Positions 59,857 through 64,000 of a DNA stretch of 64,000 bases are shown piece after piece; position 1 is the first letter of the stretch; every line of letters starts with the position of its first letter. The stretch comes from a virus: the IMG/VR virus record IMGVR_UViG_3300037311_000299, positions 1 through 64,000 of that record; one strand, written 5' to 3'. The position numbers and the translations under genes are program-made. A model generated the notes under the pieces. The model was not told where the DNA came from, made no database searches, and saw only the letters and a program-made list of their open reading frames with translations.

Positions 59857-60761
59857 AGCGGCACCAGCTCGCCGCAGGTGTGCCGCACCATCGCGATGGC
59901 CCACAGCCCGCCCCAGGTGGTGGTGGTGGCAACGGACACTGCGCGCCAGTCCCACAGGAGGAGGTTTTCCAGGTCTCGCCGGGGCATTCCGCCCTGGCAG
60001 GCAGCGCCAGCGGCGGTGCGGTAGCCCACGATGGAGGACTCGATGCCCATCTGCGCGAGGAGCGCGCCGTTGGTCATCTCCTCGGGCGTCCGCACGGACC
60101 CAATGTGCTGGCCCCAGCGGGTGGGCTGCACGGCCAGTGCCGACACCGACTCACCCGCGAGCAGGACCGGCTCGGCGAAAGCTACCGCCGCCGTGACGGG
60201 CGCATCCGCGGTCCAGTCGGGGAAGACTTGGACCCGGATGTCGGAGGCCTTCGCTTCGAGGGGCCCGATGGGGTTGCGGCAGTGGGGACAGGGGGCTGCG
60301 GGGTCGTAGGTCAGCGGCACGCGCTGTTGGGAGCGCTGAAGCGCGCGGCAGGCAAGGATGTAGATCACGTCGCTGGGCACCAGCGCGCCGATGGTGGCGA
60401 GGGCGCGCTCGGTGGCGCGGCCCATCTGCTCGCCGGCGAGCTCCTCGAGGACGAGCGCCGCGATAGCAGTCATGCGGCGCCCATGGTGGTGGGCGAAGGC
60501 CGGCTGCGCTGCAAGTGCACCCACCTCGAGCTCGAGCTTGGCGGTGGGTTTGCGCAGGGTGAAGGTGCGCTCCACTCGCCCATCGCGCACGAAGCCGTGC
60601 GGGAGCTGGGTGCCCCAGTCGGACATGGCGACGAGTTTCGGCTTGTGGGTGCAGTAGATGGGCTGCTCTTGGACGAGGCCGCCGTCCTTGTCGAACAGCG
60701 GCGCGTCTGGGTCGAACACCTTGGCGTTTCGAAGCGCCTTTTCGATGACATTTTCGGACAT
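59823..60761 (-). CDS. Tail assembly chaperone (gpG-like), zero-frame product
   Basis: 312 aa from MSENVIEKALRN. Lies between the tube and tape measure genes. CPHC zinc-ribbon-like motif. Confidence 0.55.
   Translation of the reverse strand: MSENVIEKALRNAKVFDPDAPLFDKDGGLVQEQPIYCTHKPKLVAMSDWGTQLPHGFVRDGRVERTFTLRKPTAKLELEVGALAAQPAFAHHHGRRMTAIAALVLEELAGEQMGRATERALATIGALVPSDVIYILACRALQRSQQRVPLTYDPAAPCPHCRNPIGPLEAKASDIRVQVFPDWTADAPVTAAVAFAEPVLLAGESVSALAVQPTRWGQHIGSVRTPEEMTNGALLAQMGIESSIVGYRTAAGAACQGGMPRRDLENLLLWDWRAVSVATTTTWGGLWAIAMVRHTCGELVPLPFDSGMLLAQ
59850..59856 (-). other. Slippery heptamer C CCU UUC (programmed -1 frameshift site)
   Basis: Zero-frame codons are CUC CCU UUC (L P F), 9 codons before the chaperone stop. 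Confidence 0.55.
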
Positions 60762-60850
60762 ATGGCCTCTCAAGTGGTGCCCCCGCCAGCGACGCGTCGA
60801 GGCCATGACGCGCCGCCGGCAGGAGCATAAACACGGCTTACGCCGCGAAA

Positions 60851-61297
60851 CTAAATCCGGGTCGCCCGCTTGTAGCGCAACGTGTAGGTCGTGGTGGCAG
60901 CGCCCGCGGTTCCGCTACCGTTGATTTTCCGGCTCGTGCACCACGCGCGGTGCAGGCGAAACCCGGCGCCTTTGCTCCCGTCGGAGTAGGGGTACTCGAC
61001 GACCACCGGGACTTTTGCCACGGACGCGCCCCGGAGCTTGAACCAGCTCTCGAGGGCGGTGCGGATGGCCAAGTCCGACTCGTACACCGAAAAGGTGAAT
61101 TCCATGGACGCGGAGTTGGGCCCCGCGCTGTGGGCCTCTCCGTCCTTGGTGTCATAGGTGTCGGTGGCCTCGGTGATTTCCGAGCTCTCCACCGGCGTGA
61201 TGACGAGCGGCGGAATGCCCGGCAGCCCCGTCACCAGAATTCGCACCTGCTTGGTCTGCGGGTGTTCAGACCCGAAATCCTCGACGAATGCACTCAT
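60851..61297 (-). CDS. Tail tube protein
   Basis: 148 aa, immediately downstream of the sheath gene. Size and position are typical. Confidence 0.65.
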   Translation of the reverse strand: MSAFVEDFGSEHPQTKQVRILVTGLPGIPPLVITPVESSEITEATDTYDTKDGEAHSAGPNSASMEFTFSVYESDLAIRTALESWFKLRGASVAKVPVVVEYPYSDGSKGAGFRLHRAWCTSRKINGSGTAGAATTTYTLRYKRATRI

Positions 61298-61307
61298 GGG
61301 CGGCCTC

Positions 61308-63899
61308 CTACGCGGCGGTCGGCGGCACAGCGATGCCGGTGGTGAAGAGGTTGAGCTGAATTCGCTTCGTGGTGTTCACGATGCGGAATTCGACATTGGC
61401 GACACGTCGGCCTTGGTCGCGCACCGCGACGGGGTTGAGCGAAGGCCCGGCGTCGACCTTGTAGGCCGACTCGAAGGCCACCGGCAGCCCGTCCTCGAGG
61501 ATGTCCAGTGCGCCGTCGCGCCAGAAAAGCTCGAGGATTTGCACGATTTTCGCCTCGATGAGGGTCTGCAGCGTGGAGCCCTCTCCACCGACGTTCGCCT
61601 CGTACTCGAGGTCGGCGAATTGCCCGGCGTTGAGCGTTTGGATGATGTCGAGAAAGGCCTTCTGCTTGTGCAACCAGAAGGTGCCCAAAAAGCCCGAGTT
61701 CGCGCCCTGGTCGCCGTGCACGTAGATGGCCGCGCCGTCGGCCATGACGGGGAGAATGCCGGCGTTGTTGAGCACGTGGTCGCGGATGCGGGTTTGTGTG
61801 CCACTGAAGGGCACACCCGTGTCCAGGCGCCGGATGCGGGGGCTGAGCGCGACGTTGCCGAGCCCGCCCGGGGCCTTGTGCCAGCCGAGCCCGGTCGTCC
61901 TCGAGGGCGAGTTGCAGTAGCGCACCATAGCGCCCAGGAGGTCTCCAGAGAGCGGGAGCTTGCGGAGCTTGTTGGGCGTCTCGGCCGACTCCGGGGTGTA
62001 GCCCCAGGCGGGCCAAGCGTACTGCGCGAAGCGGTTGGGCGAGATGTTGTCGCGCACCCACTTCGCCGCCCCCTCCTCGGTGGTGATGGTGCCGCCGTCT
62101 GGCAGGTCGAGCACCGCGACCGCGCCGTAGGCGGCGCAAAAATTGATGAGCGCCTGGTGAAGCGCGGCGCTGGTCTGCCCCGGGATCATCACGTGCACGA
62201 GCCCCGGGGTCGCCTTGATGAGAGCTGCCAGGGGATTGGCGTCCGAGATGGCGAGCGGGCCCGACGTGTAGTCGAGCTCCGTGATGCCATCGTGCTCGGG
62301 GCGAGCGTTGCGCATGGGCTCGATGTACTCGAGCCGAGCCGGCGCACCGTCGCGGCCCGTCTGCGCGGTGGAAGGCAGCCCCGCGATGGAGCGCCAGGTG
62401 CCGCCGAAGGTGATGGAGACGTCTGCGCCGTACTCGCCGGCCTTCGACCACCAGGCGATCTTGTTGTCGCTGTTGTAGAACTCGATGTCCTCGTCCCCGG
62501 CCGCTGCCTGCGTGTTCAGGTCGGCGATGACCGCCGCCAGGGTCTCCGACGCCCCCGAGAGTGCGCTGGTGAGCGTTTTGGTACTTCCAGCCACGCCGTT
62601 GATGGTCTGCGTGTAGGTGAGCGCCTTGGCCGTGCCGCTCATGTCGAAGGGGCCGCCCAGGGTGCCGATGCCGCTGGGGGGCTGAGGCGCCTCGAACTGC
62701 GTCGTGAGGTCGTCGGTGGTGGCGAGCGTCAGCGTGTCGGCGGTGGAGCCGATGACCACGTAGCTCTTGGTGGGGTCGAGCGTGCCGGTGCCTGCCGCAG
62801 CCCAGGCGGAGACGTACAGCCTAGCGTTGCGCTGCGCGAGGTCCGCCGGGAAGGGGCGGAACTCGAGCACCCAGACGTCAGCAGCCACCGGCGAGGAGCC
62901 GCTAGCGACGGTGAAGCTCGCGAGGTGCGGGTGCGGCGAGGTCCACGCCGTGCCCTTCGCACCATTTGGCAGCCCCAGCGCGATCGACTTCCCGTTGAGG
63001 TCCTCGGCGGTGATCGTGAAGTCGCTCGTGTTCGTGAAGGTCAGGATGAGCCGGTGAGGGATCATCTTGGCGCCGTACGACACGGTCGAGCGGTCGATGG
63101 TGATGGCTCCAGAGCCGCTGCGGCGGATGAAGTCCATGATCTTGAACTGGACGGTCTTGCTGTTGGTCACCACGGGCTTCTTGAGCCCGCTGGCGGCCGT
63201 CACAGCGGCAGGCACGGGGATGCCGACCCAGTTGGCCGGGCGAGACTGCGGCAGGGATTCGTCGGAGATCTCGCTCACGGTGAAGTCGAGCGCGAGCTCC
63301 TCGTTGGGCCCGGTCCCTGCGAGCTCGCTCTCGATGAGCTGCTCGATGGCCGCGGTGTCCAGCATGGAGAGGCCGGTGTACTGCTTGAGCACCTGGGCAC
63401 GGTCGAGCACCGGCGCGAGCGCGAAGTCGTTGAGCGGGCGGGTCGGGTCGTCGGAGACCACGATACCCAGCTCCATCGGCTGGCCGGAGGCGTCGGTGTT
63501 CGCGCGGGTGATCTGAAAGGTCTTCGCCGACCCCGACGAGGTGTACTCGGTGAAGCCGCCGTCGAGGTTCAGCACCCCCGCCGCTGTGTTGCCCAAGATC
63601 TTGAACTGCTTGGACAGCCCCTGCAGCTCGAAGGTCGCGCCCACGAGTTCGTCGGCGAGCCAGGTGCCGGAGTAGCCGGTGGCGAAGTCCTGGCCCGAGA
63701 TGGCGGAGGTGTCGTTGCTCACCTTGCCGCCGAAGAAGTAGGCAGGGCCCGCCCACTCGCCGGCGGTCGCCGCATCGCAGTCGAAGGCGATGTTGCGTAG
63801 CTTCCCGGCGCGAATGGCCGAGTGATAGCCACAGTCGACGTTGCGGTCGTAGACCCGCACCACGCCCGTGGGCTCCCCGATGTCTGTGTTGGCGACCAC
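61308..63899 (-). CDS. Contractile tail sheath protein (large; the frame stays open upstream to the window edge)
   Basis: At least 863 aa. Conserved sheath C-terminal region (GLVHVMIPGQTS...AVAVLDLP...YAWPW...IQLNLFTTG). GTG at 63899 is the first start in the window, but there is no in-frame stop between 63900 and 64000. Confidence 0.8.
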   Translation of the reverse strand: MVANTDIGEPTGVVRVYDRNVDCGYHSAIRAGKLRNIAFDCDAATAGEWAGPAYFFGGKVSNDTSAISGQDFATGYSGTWLADELVGATFELQGLSKQFKILGNTAAGVLNLDGGFTEYTSSGSAKTFQITRANTDASGQPMELGIVVSDDPTRPLNDFALAPVLDRAQVLKQYTGLSMLDTAAIEQLIESELAGTGPNEELALDFTVSEISDESLPQSRPANWVGIPVPAAVTAASGLKKPVVTNSKTVQFKIMDFIRRSGSGAITIDRSTVSYGAKMIPHRLILTFTNTSDFTITAEDLNGKSIALGLPNGAKGTAWTSPHPHLASFTVASGSSPVAADVWVLEFRPFPADLAQRNARLYVSAWAAAGTGTLDPTKSYVVIGSTADTLTLATTDDLTTQFEAPQPPSGIGTLGGPFDMSGTAKALTYTQTINGVAGSTKTLTSALSGASETLAAVIADLNTQAAAGDEDIEFYNSDNKIAWWSKAGEYGADVSITFGGTWRSIAGLPSTAQTGRDGAPARLEYIEPMRNARPEHDGITELDYTSGPLAISDANPLAALIKATPGLVHVMIPGQTSAALHQALINFCAAYGAVAVLDLPDGGTITTEEGAAKWVRDNISPNRFAQYAWPAWGYTPESAETPNKLRKLPLSGDLLGAMVRYCNSPSRTTGLGWHKAPGGLGNVALSPRIRRLDTGVPFSGTQTRIRDHVLNNAGILPVMADGAAIYVHGDQGANSGFLGTFWLHKQKAFLDIIQTLNAGQFADLEYEANVGGEGSTLQTLIEAKIVQILELFWRDGALDILEDGLPVAFESAYKVDAGPSLNPVAVRDQGRRVANVEFRIVNTTKRIQLNLFTTGIAVPPTAA

Positions 63900-64000
63900 C
63901 CGGCTCGTGTAGAGCTGGCCGGTGCCCCTTGCCTGCGCCAGAAACGCCCGGGAGGCCTCCCAGAGCCAGGTGCCTTTCAGGTGACGGCCGATGCGCCGCA

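Larger units (their letters stand above)
1..64000. mobile_element. Temperate tailed-phage (myovirus-type) genome segment or prophage
   Basis: Contiguous phage modules: replication/recombination genes, CI/Cro-like switch, tyrosine integrase with tRNA-derived att core, orphan methyltransferases and contractile-tail genes. No host housekeeping genes recognised. Confidence 0.85.

Noticed and set aside
61158-63800. 880-aa plus-strand ORF and the 385-aa and 284-aa minus-strand off-frame ORFs over the sheath gene
   Set aside because: The sheath signature is in the 61308..63899 frame. The others are compositionally biased shadows.
1-64000. Host chromosomal flanks, IS elements or transposases, rRNA
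   Set aside because: None was recognised. Every region with an assignable function is phage-like, and no DDE or IS-type transposase motifs were seen in any frame.

Overview
This high-GC window (about 68-70% by eye) looks phage-derived from end to end. It is a segment of a temperate contractile-tailed phage or prophage. I saw no host housekeeping genes, rRNA, intact tRNA, CRISPR array or transposase. Layout: (1) 1-12039, minus strand: early replication/recombination operon with a ParB-domain methyltransferase, RuvC-like resolvase, an AT-rich iteron block, SF3 helicase, primase-polymerase, SF2 helicase, SSB, DnaQ-like exonuclease and small regulators. (2) 12.1-14.2 kb: immunity region with divergent Cro-like and XRE/CI-like HTH genes and three copies of a GGTGCC-N5-GGCACC palindrome. 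(3) 14.2-24.2 kb, plus strand: SSAP-like protein, SbcD, SbcC, unknowns and a tyrosine integrase, followed by an attP-like site built on the 3' ~50 nt of tRNA-Ala(GGC). (4) 24.4-41.6 kb, plus strand: about 35 mostly small ORFs, mostly translationally coupled up to 35.7 kb. They include a C5-cytosine methyltransferase with four tandem TRD-like repeats, an MT-A70 methyltransferase, an HD hydrolase, several HTH proteins and repeated promoter/hairpin cassettes. (5) 42.0-48.2 kb: lower-GC cargo with two convergent cassettes, one with an HsdR_N-like nuclease, a DUF4041/T5orf172 protein and small proteins, the other with a DprA-like protein, a PRTase and an unknown. These look like defence/conflict modules and are the best candidates for something new. 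(6) 48.3-64.0 kb, minus strand: Mu/P2-type tail module with fibre, gpI/J/W/V/D-like baseplate, tape measure, chaperone with a -1 frameshift, tube, and a sheath gene open to the window edge. All functional calls rest on motif recognition in the supplied translations plus synteny, because no database search was possible. Start codons were refined by codon arithmetic on the ORF track. Coordinates of short DNA motifs may be off by 1 nt.
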